In this document: piece by piece, positions 9,172 to 20,504 of the stretch
How the letters are laid out: every line of letters begins with the position of its first letter
Position numbering within the stretch: the stretch's first letter is position 1
Virus record (IMG/VR): IMGVR_UViG_3300024058_000001
Span: 32,001-96,000 of that record
DNA length: 64,000 bases
Source of the DNA: a virus
Taxonomy: Duplodnaviria; Caudoviricetes
Direction: 5' to 3' (one strand)
Position numbers and translations under genes: made by a program
The notes under the pieces: generated by a model
What the model saw: only the letters and a program-made list of their open reading frames with translations
Told to the model about the DNA's origin: nothing
The model's database searches: none

Positions 9172-11340
9172 TTATTCCACTGACCTATTTTCTAATCGAA
9201 ATCCAGTAACAGAATTTTCTACTTTAATATTACCATGTCGTATTCGTCCTAATATATTTCTAAAACATATACTACCCGAACCAAATTGAAATAATTGTAT
9301 TTTATAGTTTGTAAGAAGGAAAAATTTTATATCTTTAAAAGAAGCTATAGTTGCAACCAATGGTGTTTCATCTTCTGCGGTAGATGCAGCTAATTCTTGA
9401 CTAATGTACAAAGATTGAAATGCTTCTTCATCCCCTATCCCTGATATCTCTGAATCAACAAAAGTTGATGTAAGTACTGGCATTACTTTAACCCATGCAT
9501 TTAGCATTCTTTTAAAATCAATTTCATAATTAGGCCCTCCTAATGGAGCATCTAAGTCATCTAACAATACAATTAATGATGGTTGTAAAGTAAAATCACC
9601 TGTAGAAGGGCCAAAATTAATGGATTGGTTAAAACCCAAACCACCAAATCTATAGCCATCTTCTGTTTGAGTTACAGAGTCTTGAAATTCTGGTAAAAAA
9701 GAGTTTACAATTATATCTAATGCTGCCTGATTCTCTAAAAAAAATATTCCGATGTTTAAATTATTAGTCTGAGTATTTGCAATTGTAAAAGGAGAAGATG
9801 GATCAAGCGGTAATGTAGTAACTGATCTATCAAAACGTAATTGCATTTCTAGTATAAAAGTTCCTGCTATATCAGGATCTTCTATCTCTGTTAAACCTGC
9901 ACATACTCCTGATCCTTCTAAATCATCTGTATCACCATGTGCATAATCTTCTAATTCTTCATCAATAGTTACTTTAATGTCTTCGTGCCATTTAAAAAGA
10001 TTAAGATCAGTAATATCAAAACTAGGTTTACTTAATCCAGGAAAAACGACATCATCATGCAATTCTCTTAATGTATTACCACTTGCTGAAATTCCACCAT
10101 TTGGATCAAGTAAACTTGACACAAATACTATATTACCTTTAGGTTCTACAGGAGCTACGTTACCTTCAAGTCCTATGATAGAAAACGAATTACCTGTAGT
10201 AGTTGGAGTTCTACAAGAAAAAAGCTGTGGTTCTAATGCAGCAAAATTACCTTCTGCTAAAGAACTAGCCAAAGAAGTCATTTTAAATATTTTATTTGCA
10301 AGTGCTTTAACTGTGGGAACTGGTTCTCCTGGCAAAGTAACACCATTTAATATTTCCAGTTTTGCTTCAGTAGAATTAGTAAATTCTACAGATATTTCTG
10401 TAATAGAAGGAAAACTATCTAAACATGCTTGATTGGGATATGTTCTTTCAATTGGAATATTTAGTTTTTGAAACGTCATTAAACGCCACCACCCTTGATT
10501 TTCTTCTATTGCATCAAAGTTTACTGGCCCGTGTAATTGCTTTGCTGGTGGTTCAGCATCTAAAAGAGTTTGAATTTGTTCAGTTTCTGCTTTTACACGT
10601 ATTTGCAAATCAGTAGGAAAAATAGCTGTTCTTGTAAATACTAGACCAGGAAATTCAGGTAAAGTGGATTCAATTTCAAATCCCACATCACTAACACTAT
10701 AATACTCAAAAAATAGAGCACCAGGTACTGTATGACGTAAATCTTCAATATGAATTGCTCGTAAAGGTGTATTTGGTGGTAAAGTAGGAGAATTCGTTAC
10801 GTCTTCTTGATTCACACTATCTGGAAGTCTAAATGTTCCAATAACCGTTCCATCTTTATGTATATATGGTCTACCACGATCTATATCTGTCCATTCATCC
10901 TTAGCTTCATCATTAGGCCCAGGTTCTACAGGGTCTTGATTAGGATCAACACTAAAATAAGTAGATAATTCGGAGCCAATTACACTTAAAATCTTTTCAA
11001 CAGATTCCCGTAACTCAACTATATGTAATACTCGTACATTGTTCCCATCTATCTCTGAAAAATCTGTGAGAAATTCTCCTGCAATTCCAACCTGTATTTC
11101 TTCTAGTGTTCTTACTTGTTGTAGTTCTCGAATATGAACACCTTTAACTCTATCGGCTCCTATAAATTCAGGCCCACTAAATCCCAATGGGCCAGTCCTA
11201 AGAGGATCATCTGTCCATCGTGGTACAGGCAATCCATTATCGTCTGTCCCTAATGATCCTTGTTCAAAACCAATAGTTTCTTCTGCTATATCGCCAATTC
11301 GTGAATGACACGTAGGACAAAGTAAATCGAATGCAGCCAT
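9172..11340 (-). CDS. Tail-tip / receptor-binding protein
   Basis: Last gene of the tail module; repeated WTD...[KR]xxHIxELR motifs; acidic, beta-rich. Confidence 0.6.
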   Translation of the reverse strand: MAAFDLLCPTCHSRIGDIAEETIGFEQGSLGTDDNGLPVPRWTDDPLRTGPLGFSGPEFIGADRVKGVHIRELQQVRTLEEIQVGIAGEFLTDFSEIDGNNVRVLHIVELRESVEKILSVIGSELSTYFSVDPNQDPVEPGPNDEAKDEWTDIDRGRPYIHKDGTVIGTFRLPDSVNQEDVTNSPTLPPNTPLRAIHIEDLRHTVPGALFFEYYSVSDVGFEIESTLPEFPGLVFTRTAIFPTDLQIRVKAETEQIQTLLDAEPPAKQLHGPVNFDAIEENQGWWRLMTFQKLNIPIERTYPNQACLDSFPSITEISVEFTNSTEAKLEILNGVTLPGEPVPTVKALANKIFKMTSLASSLAEGNFAALEPQLFSCRTPTTTGNSFSIIGLEGNVAPVEPKGNIVFVSSLLDPNGGISASGNTLRELHDDVVFPGLSKPSFDITDLNLFKWHEDIKVTIDEELEDYAHGDTDDLEGSGVCAGLTEIEDPDIAGTFILEMQLRFDRSVTTLPLDPSSPFTIANTQTNNLNIGIFFLENQAALDIIVNSFLPEFQDSVTQTEDGYRFGGLGFNQSINFGPSTGDFTLQPSLIVLLDDLDAPLGGPNYEIDFKRMLNAWVKVMPVLTSTFVDSEISGIGDEEAFQSLYISQELAASTAEDETPLVATIASFKDIKFFLLTNYKIQLFQFGSGSICFRNILGRIRHGNIKVENSVTGFRLENRSVE

Positions 11341-11342
11341 AA

Positions 11343-14300
11343 TTACTCCAGATACCTAGCGAATGGCCCTGAATCTTGTGGTTGCTTAGGAAGTTCTTCT
11401 TTAGCTGATGCCAGCGCCCGTGATGCTTGTGCTAATTCGCTAGTTTCAAAATTTAATATAAATAATTTTCTTATTTTTTCTCTAGGATCAGATTGTCGTA
11501 CACCTGGTTCTTTTAGTAACGGAAGAATAACAATATTTTGAACAAATTTTTCACTTGTAAGTTGGACGATTGTAGTAAATCCATTTACAAAACTATGAGT
11601 TACTGATCCTACTTCTAATTTCAAGTTATTGACATTTACAGAAGACCGTAAATCTATAGTTTCGTCGCCTATTACTGTAATAGATCCACTAACTTGTGGG
11701 TCTTTTAAACGTGCTAGTTCCCCATCCGCTCTTGTTTGCATTCTTTTTAATATATCTTCTTCATTATTAAACCCTGTAACCGAATCCTTAAGGATAGCAT
11801 ATTGACCATCCGTGATAGACCTGCAACGTTTACCTGTACCTGCTGTTACTTTAGGTGGATCAGCATCAATAGTAAACTCTACTTCTATAGGCCCAGTTGT
11901 AAAAAAGTAATCTAGTAACACTCTAACCTTTACTAAACCTTCAGGATCTCCCTGAATACCAACACGGGATTTCAATACCCTGCCTACCTTAGTGCTAGGT
12001 GCCCAAATTTTAGGAATTTCTTCTAAACTAACTCTTACGGCATCTTTTCCTCGGTACTCTAAGGACGCACCAATCGGTTGTCTTTCAGTGCTATATCTAT
12101 TAATACTTCGTATAATAGGTCGTAGTTTTAAATCGTTTGCTGAAAAGTTTCTAGTATTTTTAAACGAAAAAGCCCGTCCTCTACTTTTGTCAAACAATGA
12201 GGTACCAAAATTAGAATTGCCAGAAGATGAATCATTAGACGTTCCTGTAAATGTTGTAGTTCGTTGACCTGTATCCTGACCTGTCAATGTTGGATTTCCA
12301 CGATCATCAAATCCTACAGTTAATTTTTCTCCTGTATCTGGATCAATAAATGTATCTCCTGATCTAGCTCTTTTCTTAATTGATCCACCCTTATTTTTAA
12401 AAGTTACTGTTTTATTAGCAGAATTAGTTTCAACTTCTATTTCTGATCCCTTACTAAATTTAAATGTACTATTTTGTTCTTTACCAAAAGAACTAGAAAA
12501 ATTTCCTAATTCTGTTATACCAAAATCATTTAAACTAACTTGAATGTTATCGTCAAATCTCACAACAGGACGTTCTTTTTGAAAACCCAAGACTTGAATA
12601 TCTCTAATATTTTTACCGCTAAGATCAAACTGCAATGCATGTCTTCCAGCTTTACCGACTGTATCAATAAAACTAGAAATACGAACAGTTTTCCGTATTT
12701 GAATAGGAGCACCAATTACTGTAATATTATCTATTGTTTCTAATTCTGTTTCTTGAACATCATAACTAATAATATTTTTTCCAAAATTAAATGTTCTTGT
12801 CGTAAACCCACCCGACCCAAAATTATATACAGATGTTATACCTGTCGACATATCATGATAAAGTTTTGCATTTCCAACTTTGTTTAATACAAGTTCGGCT
12901 GCTTCTAATGTAGTTAAATCGGTTATATCAATCAATCCAGGAAAATCTGTAGGCCCGTTGGTAATTCCTAAGTCTTTAAGAATTTGGTCTGCATTACGAA
13001 AAAATAAGATTTCTGAAGTATTAGAAGAAACATTGGGCAATCCCTTGATTTGTGCTGCTCTTAATTTACCCTCAGTAACTTGATTATCTGCTTTTACTTT
13101 TACTACGTTAAATACTGTAATTCCTTCATCTAATTCTTCTTCAAATAAAGCTTTTTCTGTTAATTCGATAATAGTACTATGACACGTATAAATAACTCTA
13201 AATCCTCCACCTTCGTCTAACGCATCTGCTTTAGTGGTAATAAATCCTCTAAAAACAAGTCTGCTATTGATTAGTACATCTATATCATCGTTTATAGCAG
13301 GATCACCACCTGGCCTAAAATCACGTGGTAAACTAAATGATGCGGTTGACAAGTTACTTCCAAAGCCTAATCTAACTTGTTCCAATATAGCAGTAGATTC
13401 AGGAGTTCCGTTTATTTTTACTACATACGTTGGACTACTGAATCTTTCTAAATCTTTATTAAACGTAGGAGTAGCCGTTGCTTCGTTTGAATTAGGACTT
13501 TCTTGTCCTAATCCGTTAATTCCTCTAACTATAAATGTAACTGCAACACCTTCCGTTTGACCTCCAACTTGATAAGATGTACCTTGTACGGGAAGGCTAT
13601 TTACTTTTACAAATGTAGGGCCTGTATCTTTTCTAAATATGTTAAAAAATGCATTGGTTGCTGTCCAAGTTAGATTAATAGTATCTGAATTTCCTCCGTC
13701 TACTGCTATTAAACCTGTAGGAGCAGAAGGAACATCATTATCTACAGTTGTTTCAATATTTTTATCAATTTCTATATTTTTATCCATTTGTATAGTTGCA
13801 AAGAAATCTAATGGTTCTTTTATAAATCCGTTAGAGTCAATTGTTTCTTCATTTGTAACAAAAATAATTGCATCAGAAAATATTTCTTGATCACCAATTA
13901 AAATGATTTTAGCATCTATACTAATATTTTGAGTAGAAGTTTCTCCTACAAATGTATCAGTAAGTATAGTTTCTTCACGTTCTATTTGTATAACACCTTC
14001 TGCAAAAATAATCTGAGTTGTAATCTCTCCTACAAATGCATCTGAAGTAATAAGCTTTGTTTGAGTTGAAGTAACAATTGCATCAGATGTAATAATTTCT
14101 TCATTAGTAACTACTTCGGCCATTAATGTAGCAAAACATAAATCTACTAATGATCCCGATATTTTAAACCAATTAATACCATCTTCTGTTTTAACTGCAT
14201 CTCCTCTTAAATAAAGTAAATCTAATGAATTTTTTGCATTTTCAAATTCATATCTGTTACTTGCGTCATGAGGAGCAGATTTAAATACAACTGCATATAG

Positions 14301-16295
14301 TACATTTTTTTGTAATAAAGGAGCTTGTGGTATTGTAGCTCTTGTAACAGGAGTACTTTTAGATGTTGCAAATTCAGATTTAGCGATAGTTGTTGATCCA
14401 ATTACTACACCATTAGGAAAACCATTTGTTGTTTCTTGTATTTCAATATCCATATCTCCTAATGTTCCACTATCTACCTTTAATACCGAAAACCATATTT
14501 GAGTAAGGGCTGCTGTTTCACTAGAAGTAAACGTTTGACCTACTTGAGCCGTACCAAGTTCATCATTTAAATCTGCTAGAGAAGATTGAAAATTAAATCT
14601 TCCCATTTGAAATTGATCAATAAATGGATTAACTTGTGCTTCCATTCTAATAACAATCGAACCATCGGCTAATGTAAGACTACTCCAAAGCCCAGGTTCA
14701 AATTTAATAAAATGATTACCTCCAGTCATTAATCCATCTGGACTAAATCCTGTTGTTACTACAAAATAACGATAAAAGTTTGAAGTACTTGCAGGAGTAG
14801 CAGATTTTAAAGTAATAACATATTCTATACCTGCAGTTAATACTGGCTTAGTAATAAAATTTACTGTAGTTTTTGGTGGTGAAGAAGTAAACGAAGTTGG
14901 TAAATCAGCAGGAGAAAATGCTACAGATTCAATTGGAATTCCATCGGGTACACCAGCTACTATTGTTTCTAGACTAATAATTAAATCAGAGGGAGCATTA
15001 CCATTTTCAGCTATTACCAAATCTACAGAATTTAATTTTCCTGTAATTGACGGAGTAAAGCTTTGACCAGCAGAAAAACCCGCATGAATTCGATGTATAT
15101 TGTTAAAGCTAAATGCTGCAAGTGCTATATTATCAATTCTAGTAGGAATTTCCAGTATCTGTGTTTGAGAAGAAACAGTATGAGTCCCTATAGGAGCAAT
15201 TTCAGCATCAGAATTTATATTTTGGGTTATTTCTACTTCTTCTGCCATAAACGTAGCAAAACCCAAATCTTGGTTAGGAAGCTCACCCCAAGATGTTCCA
15301 TCATTTGCTTGAACTGCACTTCCAGGACTATAATGGTTATCTGTACCTCTACCAAAAAATCTATAATTATTAACATCATTATGTGTTGCAGAAAATACAA
15401 TAGCATATTTGGTACCTGATGTTAATACAGGCTTTTCGGGAATAAAAACTTCGTAAACATCAGAGGGTATAACTGTTAATGTAAAGTCTTGCGGTCTAAT
15501 TTTTCCTTGTGCTTGTATAACTGATCCAATTATTGTACCATTAGGAAGACCACCTGTAGTTTCTTGAATCTCTATATTTAAATCTCCTAATGCACCTATA
15601 TTGTTTTTTATTGCAGAAAATTGAATCTTTTCAAGTTTTGCAGTTACGCTAGGCACAAAAGTTTGTCCAATTTTTCTTGTACCTGCTACATCATCTAAAC
15701 TAGTTACTGTATCAGTTCTAGTAATATTAAATTGATCTATGAATGGAGTAAAATCCACATCCATAGTAGTAACAAAACCTATATCTTCACTTTCACGTGG
15801 CGTACCTGTAAAACTTGGACTACCAAGAAATAACTCTCCATCTGGATAAATTTCGCTAGTTGTAACAGACATTTTTTTAAATCTTACCCCATAAAAAACA
15901 AAATTTGGAAATAAAGGTTGAAAAGATTTTAATGTAATTGCATATTTAACACCTTGTTGCAAAGGTATACTTGGGCTAAATACAACTGTTGTTGGAAGGT
16001 TAGCATCAATTCCAAAAAAGTTAGGATCTACAGGAACTGAAGAAGCTGATAAACTAGTACTACCTAATACAATTCCACTAGGTCTAGGAGGAATCTGACT
16101 ATCCATAGTTTCTATAGCAATTACTAAAGGAAATGTATAAAGACTCAAATTTCCTGGAAATCTAGAAATAGTCAAATCTATAGATACAAGATTACCCGTT
16201 ACTCCAGGAGTAAAACTCTGTGCAGCGCTACTACCATCATCAATATCTATTCCTCCTGATGATACAGCAATTGATATTTGATCTCTTTTTGGCAT
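11343..16295 (-). CDS. Large tail-tip/hub protein with four N-terminal beta-sandwich repeats and an FN3 domain
   Basis: Four (A/G)Q[ST]F.[PS]....L..[IV] repeat domains; FN3 signature APTGL...INLTWT...NSNEATATP; C-terminal hub-like region (VGSVTHSFVNGFTTIVQL). Confidence 0.7.
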   Translation of the reverse strand: MPKRDQISIAVSSGGIDIDDGSSAAQSFTPGVTGNLVSIDLTISRFPGNLSLYTFPLVIAIETMDSQIPPRPSGIVLGSTSLSASSVPVDPNFFGIDANLPTTVVFSPSIPLQQGVKYAITLKSFQPLFPNFVFYGVRFKKMSVTTSEIYPDGELFLGSPSFTGTPRESEDIGFVTTMDVDFTPFIDQFNITRTDTVTSLDDVAGTRKIGQTFVPSVTAKLEKIQFSAIKNNIGALGDLNIEIQETTGGLPNGTIIGSVIQAQGKIRPQDFTLTVIPSDVYEVFIPEKPVLTSGTKYAIVFSATHNDVNNYRFFGRGTDNHYSPGSAVQANDGTSWGELPNQDLGFATFMAEEVEITQNINSDAEIAPIGTHTVSSQTQILEIPTRIDNIALAAFSFNNIHRIHAGFSAGQSFTPSITGKLNSVDLVIAENGNAPSDLIISLETIVAGVPDGIPIESVAFSPADLPTSFTSSPPKTTVNFITKPVLTAGIEYVITLKSATPASTSNFYRYFVVTTGFSPDGLMTGGNHFIKFEPGLWSSLTLADGSIVIRMEAQVNPFIDQFQMGRFNFQSSLADLNDELGTAQVGQTFTSSETAALTQIWFSVLKVDSGTLGDMDIEIQETTNGFPNGVVIGSTTIAKSEFATSKSTPVTRATIPQAPLLQKNVLYAVVFKSAPHDASNRYEFENAKNSLDLLYLRGDAVKTEDGINWFKISGSLVDLCFATLMAEVVTNEEIITSDAIVTSTQTKLITSDAFVGEITTQIIFAEGVIQIEREETILTDTFVGETSTQNISIDAKIILIGDQEIFSDAIIFVTNEETIDSNGFIKEPLDFFATIQMDKNIEIDKNIETTVDNDVPSAPTGLIAVDGGNSDTINLTWTATNAFFNIFRKDTGPTFVKVNSLPVQGTSYQVGGQTEGVAVTFIVRGINGLGQESPNSNEATATPTFNKDLERFSSPTYVVKINGTPESTAILEQVRLGFGSNLSTASFSLPRDFRPGGDPAINDDIDVLINSRLVFRGFITTKADALDEGGGFRVIYTCHSTIIELTEKALFEEELDEGITVFNVVKVKADNQVTEGKLRAAQIKGLPNVSSNTSEILFFRNADQILKDLGITNGPTDFPGLIDITDLTTLEAAELVLNKVGNAKLYHDMSTGITSVYNFGSGGFTTRTFNFGKNIISYDVQETELETIDNITVIGAPIQIRKTVRISSFIDTVGKAGRHALQFDLSGKNIRDIQVLGFQKERPVVRFDDNIQVSLNDFGITELGNFSSSFGKEQNSTFKFSKGSEIEVETNSANKTVTFKNKGGSIKKRARSGDTFIDPDTGEKLTVGFDDRGNPTLTGQDTGQRTTTFTGTSNDSSSGNSNFGTSLFDKSRGRAFSFKNTRNFSANDLKLRPIIRSINRYSTERQPIGASLEYRGKDAVRVSLEEIPKIWAPSTKVGRVLKSRVGIQGDPEGLVKVRVLLDYFFTTGPIEVEFTIDADPPKVTAGTGKRCRSITDGQYAILKDSVTGFNNEEDILKRMQTRADGELARLKDPQVSGSITVIGDETIDLRSSVNVNNLKLEVGSVTHSFVNGFTTIVQLTSEKFVQNIVILPLLKEPGVRQSDPREKIRKLFILNFETSELAQASRALASAKEELPKQPQDSGPFARYLE

Positions 16296-16296
16296 A

Positions 16297-16776
16297 TTAG
16301 TTCACAACTATTCTTCCGTCTTTGTGTATTTTCATTATCCTTTTATGATTTTTTTCATTTTCGTCTGTATATTGGAATCCTAAATAATAAACATGTTCAG
16401 GTGTACCAACTTCTACTAGATTATTTCCAAATGTTCTTGTTACTTCCCTATAATAAATAAGCCGATATTTGTAAGGATTTTTCCTTAGCATATCGGCCCT
16501 GGGCTGTAATCGTTCACTAGCAGTCTTCGCTGTTTCGATTGTTCCTTTTTCTAAGTCAACAATGTAACTAAGTCCATCAGCTTCTTGTAATCCAAAAAGC
16601 TGTAACTCATCCTGCCTTTCTAGTACATCTTTAAATAGTCTCTCTTTATCGCCTTCAAATTGATTTATTGAACTTCCATCTTTAAACACTGCAAACCAAG
16701 GTAACGTTATCATGTTAACCATGTTAGCCTCCATTAAATTTGGGATATTGTATTGTATTACAAATACCCCTAGCAA
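16297..16776 (-). CDS. Hypothetical tail-module protein (probable start at MVNMITLPW)
   Basis: GGAGG RBS precedes the internal ATG near 16722. Confidence 0.6.
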   Translation of the reverse strand: MLGVFVIQYNIPNLMEANMVNMITLPWFAVFKDGSSINQFEGDKERLFKDVLERQDELQLFGLQEADGLSYIVDLEKGTIETAKTASERLQPRADMLRKNPYKYRLIYYREVTRTFGNNLVEVGTPEHVYYLGFQYTDENEKNHKRIMKIHKDGRIVVN

Positions 16777-16796
16777 CTAGCATTGAATTGCCAGGG
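16768..16796 (-). other. Intergenic stem-loop after 16802..17266
   Basis: CCCTGGCAATT-loop-AGTTGCTAGGG. Confidence 0.55.
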
Positions 16797-16801
16797 TCTT
16801 A

Positions 16802-17266
16802 TTAAGTCTCGTCGTATTTCAACGTAAACGTCTTCTGGTTAACTGCACCAGGAGGAGTTGAAACAGTTGTCTGTAACTGCAAGGTCATGTAACCCGAAAA
16901 ATCAGGATTACCTGCAGGAGCAGCAGGAGTTAAAGCTGCGCCTTCAGTTGTTGGAATATCAACCGTTGCAACAATAGACGTAGTGTCAGTAGGAGTAGCA
17001 AAAGTCGCATCAACTGCTGCTTTAATTGCTTCACCAGTAACAAACGTACCTGCTGATTTGAAAAAACGCAAATTAGCAATAGACGTAAATGTTCCAGAGA
17101 ACCTTCCACGAAGCCACTTCTCAAAGCTATTATTACCAGCCGTGATAGGGTCGTTAGTAGGTACAATGTTAACTGCATCTACACTACCGAAATTCGCATT
17201 AGCGATTCCGTTAGTTACTGTTTCAGCTACTGTATTGCTTTCACTGAATTCAAATGTTGCTGCCAT
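16802..17266 (-). CDS. Virion structural protein (tail-associated)
   Basis: Thr/Ala-rich beta protein, strong GGTGGTGA RBS, tail-module context. Confidence 0.6.
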   Translation of the reverse strand: MAATFEFSESNTVAETVTNGIANANFGSVDAVNIVPTNDPITAGNNSFEKWLRGRFSGTFTSIANLRFFKSAGTFVTGEAIKAAVDATFATPTDTTSIVATVDIPTTEGAALTPAAPAGNPDFSGYMTLQLQTTVSTPPGAVNQKTFTLKYDET

Positions 17267-17294
17267 GATTAAATCACCACCTTTCTTTTATAGG

Positions 17295-18428
17295 TTATCC
17301 TTTAAATGATACTCTTATCCGAAATCTTATATTTAAAATTCCAGATGGACTAGCACTTGTAGGAGGAGTTATACTTAAGTTAAGAAGTTTCGCATTATTA
17401 GATGGAATAGGATTTTCAAATAAATGAACGATTTCTTGTCCAATCAGTGAAAATGTCGTTTCTGCATCGTCTTCTATTTCATATTCATAATCTATTAGTA
17501 CATCTTCTGTAGCAGAAGGCAGAGCAGTTCCTAATGTAATTTCCCCTGATATTCCATCAAATGTCCCACTTGTAAAAAAGTTAGTTCCTAATCTATTAGG
17601 ATCACTATTTAAAAATACACCAACAACTGCTATAAGGGGAGTATGACTAACAGTAACAGTTGTATCTGTATCAGATGTTTGTCTTTCTAAATCTACTATT
17701 ACAGGATTACTAATAATTCCGCTTGATTGTACACCAAACCAATCTTGTGATGCAACTTCTGAACCAAAGTCTTTTACATTTGGCGAATATGTTACAGTAA
17801 TATTTTGAGTAGCTGGAGGGATTTTACCTGTTACTCCGTCCCCAAATGATAATAATCCACTTGCAAAACTAAATGTGTATATCTCATCCGTAGAACCAAA
17901 TCCTGCTAAATTATCTACCCTTGTATATACAATTCCGCCAACTCGTACAATTAAAGGGTACAATACGTCATCATCTAAAACAGGAGGAAATGCAACAGTA
18001 AAGGTTTGGCTTGCTGCTCCTGTACTAGCACCTTGCAATTCATCAATAAGTTCTAATGATAAAATTCGGAATTGAATATCTCTAGCATCTACAGATTCAA
18101 AACCTCCACCTTTATCATTAAACAATTGAAAAGGATTATCAGGATGCTGAAATTCTTCTCCAGCTATTACACCTGTAAACACTAAAGGATTGCTCTCTAT
18201 ACCTACCTCCACAGTTGGAGCCGTAGATGCAAATAGCTTTAAATCAGGTTCATTTTTAGTAATCTGTGCATCAGAAAATATAGTCTCTGTAAATTCCACT
18301 AAAACTATAGAATCTGATTCAACAGTTTGAGTAGTAATAAGCTGTATTGTTGCATCAGACAGTAAATTTTGTGTTACTGTACCAAAAATAGTTGCATCTG
18401 ATGTAACATTCTGCTGTACTGTAGGCAT
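17295..18428 (-). CDS. Baseplate/tail-tip structural protein
   Basis: SFGDGVTGKIPP..NITVTY motif; N-terminal SDAxI repeats. Confidence 0.55.
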   Translation of the reverse strand: MPTVQQNVTSDATIFGTVTQNLLSDATIQLITTQTVESDSIVLVEFTETIFSDAQITKNEPDLKLFASTAPTVEVGIESNPLVFTGVIAGEEFQHPDNPFQLFNDKGGGFESVDARDIQFRILSLELIDELQGASTGAASQTFTVAFPPVLDDDVLYPLIVRVGGIVYTRVDNLAGFGSTDEIYTFSFASGLLSFGDGVTGKIPPATQNITVTYSPNVKDFGSEVASQDWFGVQSSGIISNPVIVDLERQTSDTDTTVTVSHTPLIAVVGVFLNSDPNRLGTNFFTSGTFDGISGEITLGTALPSATEDVLIDYEYEIEDDAETTFSLIGQEIVHLFENPIPSNNAKLLNLSITPPTSASPSGILNIRFRIRVSFKG

Positions 18429-18429
18429 A

Positions 18430-18858
18430 TTAGACGTTTTGCTCCAATGTATTTGGAATTTTAATTGTTATATTGTAATCTTGTATATTACCATGTGTTT
18501 GTTCTTGAAATTGAATACCATCTGTTGCTATTTGTCCGTCATATCGTAAATGCCTAGTCGGGCTAAGTATATGCAATTGCCCTGGGCCAACTTGTATTCC
18601 ATTAATTAAATTATTTCTGAGTGTTTCCATATCATCCCAACTATTTGTTTTATTGAATAGAACACCCTTTAGTTCAATAGTACGTTCATTTACCCCAAGT
18701 TCTTGTACAATTGCGCCATCTAATAAAGGTACAATCAATCTAGCAGTTCGTTTACCAGGCGTAGGTCTAGTAATAAAAGGATTAGGAAAAAATGTAAATG
18801 TTCCTTGATCCCCATTAACACCTCTGCGCCATTCTACTGTTACTTTAACTGTGCTCAT
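18430..18858 (-). CDS. Distal tail protein-like
   Basis: Immediately after the tape measure; ERTIELKG motif; size. Confidence 0.55.
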   Translation of the reverse strand: MSTVKVTVEWRRGVNGDQGTFTFFPNPFITRPTPGKRTARLIVPLLDGAIVQELGVNERTIELKGVLFNKTNSWDDMETLRNNLINGIQVGPGQLHILSPTRHLRYDGQIATDGIQFQEQTHGNIQDYNITIKIPNTLEQNV

Positions 18859-20504
18859 TATCCAAATGTATCCTGTGCGCGTTCTTCTCTACCTGCATTA
18901 GTGGCCTCTCGTCTTATATTGTTTAGTTTCGTATTAACAGCAGCCTGTGCTCCCTCTCTAGTTGCTTCTTTAATATCTTCTGATGATATACTAAGATTTA
19001 CTATTACATTAGATAAAGGTTTCAATGCTGCTTCGATTGCACCACCTAAAAAATCTCCAATTTCTGATCCAAGCTTTAATATACCGTCTAATCTTCCTTT
19101 AAATTTTGATAAGGATATATCAGCATCAGTAATCGCCCCGTCTACCGCAAGAAATTCGTCAAAGGATTTAGTAATAAGCTTATTTGATTCTAATTGTTGT
19201 TTAATTAAAGCAAAAAAATCTTCTCCAATTTGCTTAATAGCTTCTGTAGCAGTTAAGCCACCTTGTCTAAAATCCTTAAATTGTTGTGCGATATCTCCAA
19301 ATATTCCAGTTATACCATCTGCTCCCTTTTCTCGTTGTAGCTCTTTAAGTCTTTTTTGACGTTCTTTAAACGTATCTTCTTCTGTTTCTGTTGTTGCTCT
19401 TATTTCATCTCTTATACCCTGTTGAAAAAATCTAAATTGATTGCCGAATTCCAATTGCTCTGCTGTTAATGTTGAAAGTCCCGCACGTTGAGCTTGTAAT
19501 AATAGAGCATCTGCTTTTGTAACATCTCTAGCTAATTGTTGACGTTCTATACGGGTTTTCCCTAACCTTAATGATTGTAACTCTAATGCTTTATTAAAAT
19601 CAAATATTTTGCTAGTAGTAGAACCAATAGCATCATCAACATCTTGATTTTTAAATGCATTGACTAAAGCTTGTGCAATTCCAATAGTACCCTCACCTGA
19701 AATAAGTGCTTTTGTTGCTCCTTTTATTGCTCTTGTAAATTTAAGATTAATGACATTTGATGCTATAGCAATATCTGTAGTAAACTTATTGAAAGCAAGT
19801 CCAGTTTTACCTGTTTCTTTATCTAGTTCGTCTTGAACATTAGCTAAAATTTGTAATTTAGAAGCTAAAGTGTCAGTTTCATCTGCTGCTGCTCCACCAA
19901 ATTTTTCCGCTAATTTATCCAGCAATGTACCTTGACGAATTGCTGCCTTGATGTCTGCCCGTCTTAAGTCTGTTAATTGCAGAAGAACCCGAATATTACC
20001 TTTTTGAGCAAGATTTAATATGCGAGTTGTAGTAGTTAAATCTCGACCAGTTGCTGCAGCCACATCTTGTGCTACAATAACAGTTTTTTGTGCCTTTTCT
20101 AAGTCTCTCGTAGATTGCAACGCAATGGTAGTAGCTCGTTGTACATCTTGAACAGAAAATCTAGTGGTACGGGCCGTTTGTTCCGCACCACGTGTGATTA
20201 AAGCAGCACTCTTTTCGCTTTCTTCGCCCACTAATCGTAATTGTGTGCGTAATCGTACAAACGATGCTTCTGCAGATATTGCTTGTTGATTTGTTTTAGT
20301 AAATCCAACAGCAGCTTTTGCAATTGAAGAAACAAGAAAAATACCTGCAGCAATGCCTAGCGTTTGAGCACTAAACGCAATAGACGCAAGAACACCCGCA
20401 AGCTTTAGCCCTGTGCCAATTACACCTTTAAAACCAGCTTTTGCAGCGTTAAAGCCTGAAGCATCAAATTTTGATGAAATTCTAAAAAGTAAACTACTAG
20501 CCAT
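18858..20504 (-). CDS. Tape measure protein
   Basis: Ala/Gly/Leu-rich helical protein; VAQDVAAATGRDL, EKFGGAAA; follows the frameshifted chaperone. Confidence 0.85.
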   Translation of the reverse strand: MASSLLFRISSKFDASGFNAAKAGFKGVIGTGLKLAGVLASIAFSAQTLGIAAGIFLVSSIAKAAVGFTKTNQQAISAEASFVRLRTQLRLVGEESEKSAALITRGAEQTARTTRFSVQDVQRATTIALQSTRDLEKAQKTVIVAQDVAAATGRDLTTTTRILNLAQKGNIRVLLQLTDLRRADIKAAIRQGTLLDKLAEKFGGAAADETDTLASKLQILANVQDELDKETGKTGLAFNKFTTDIAIASNVINLKFTRAIKGATKALISGEGTIGIAQALVNAFKNQDVDDAIGSTTSKIFDFNKALELQSLRLGKTRIERQQLARDVTKADALLLQAQRAGLSTLTAEQLEFGNQFRFFQQGIRDEIRATTETEEDTFKERQKRLKELQREKGADGITGIFGDIAQQFKDFRQGGLTATEAIKQIGEDFFALIKQQLESNKLITKSFDEFLAVDGAITDADISLSKFKGRLDGILKLGSEIGDFLGGAIEAALKPLSNVIVNLSISSEDIKEATREGAQAAVNTKLNNIRREATNAGREERAQDTFG

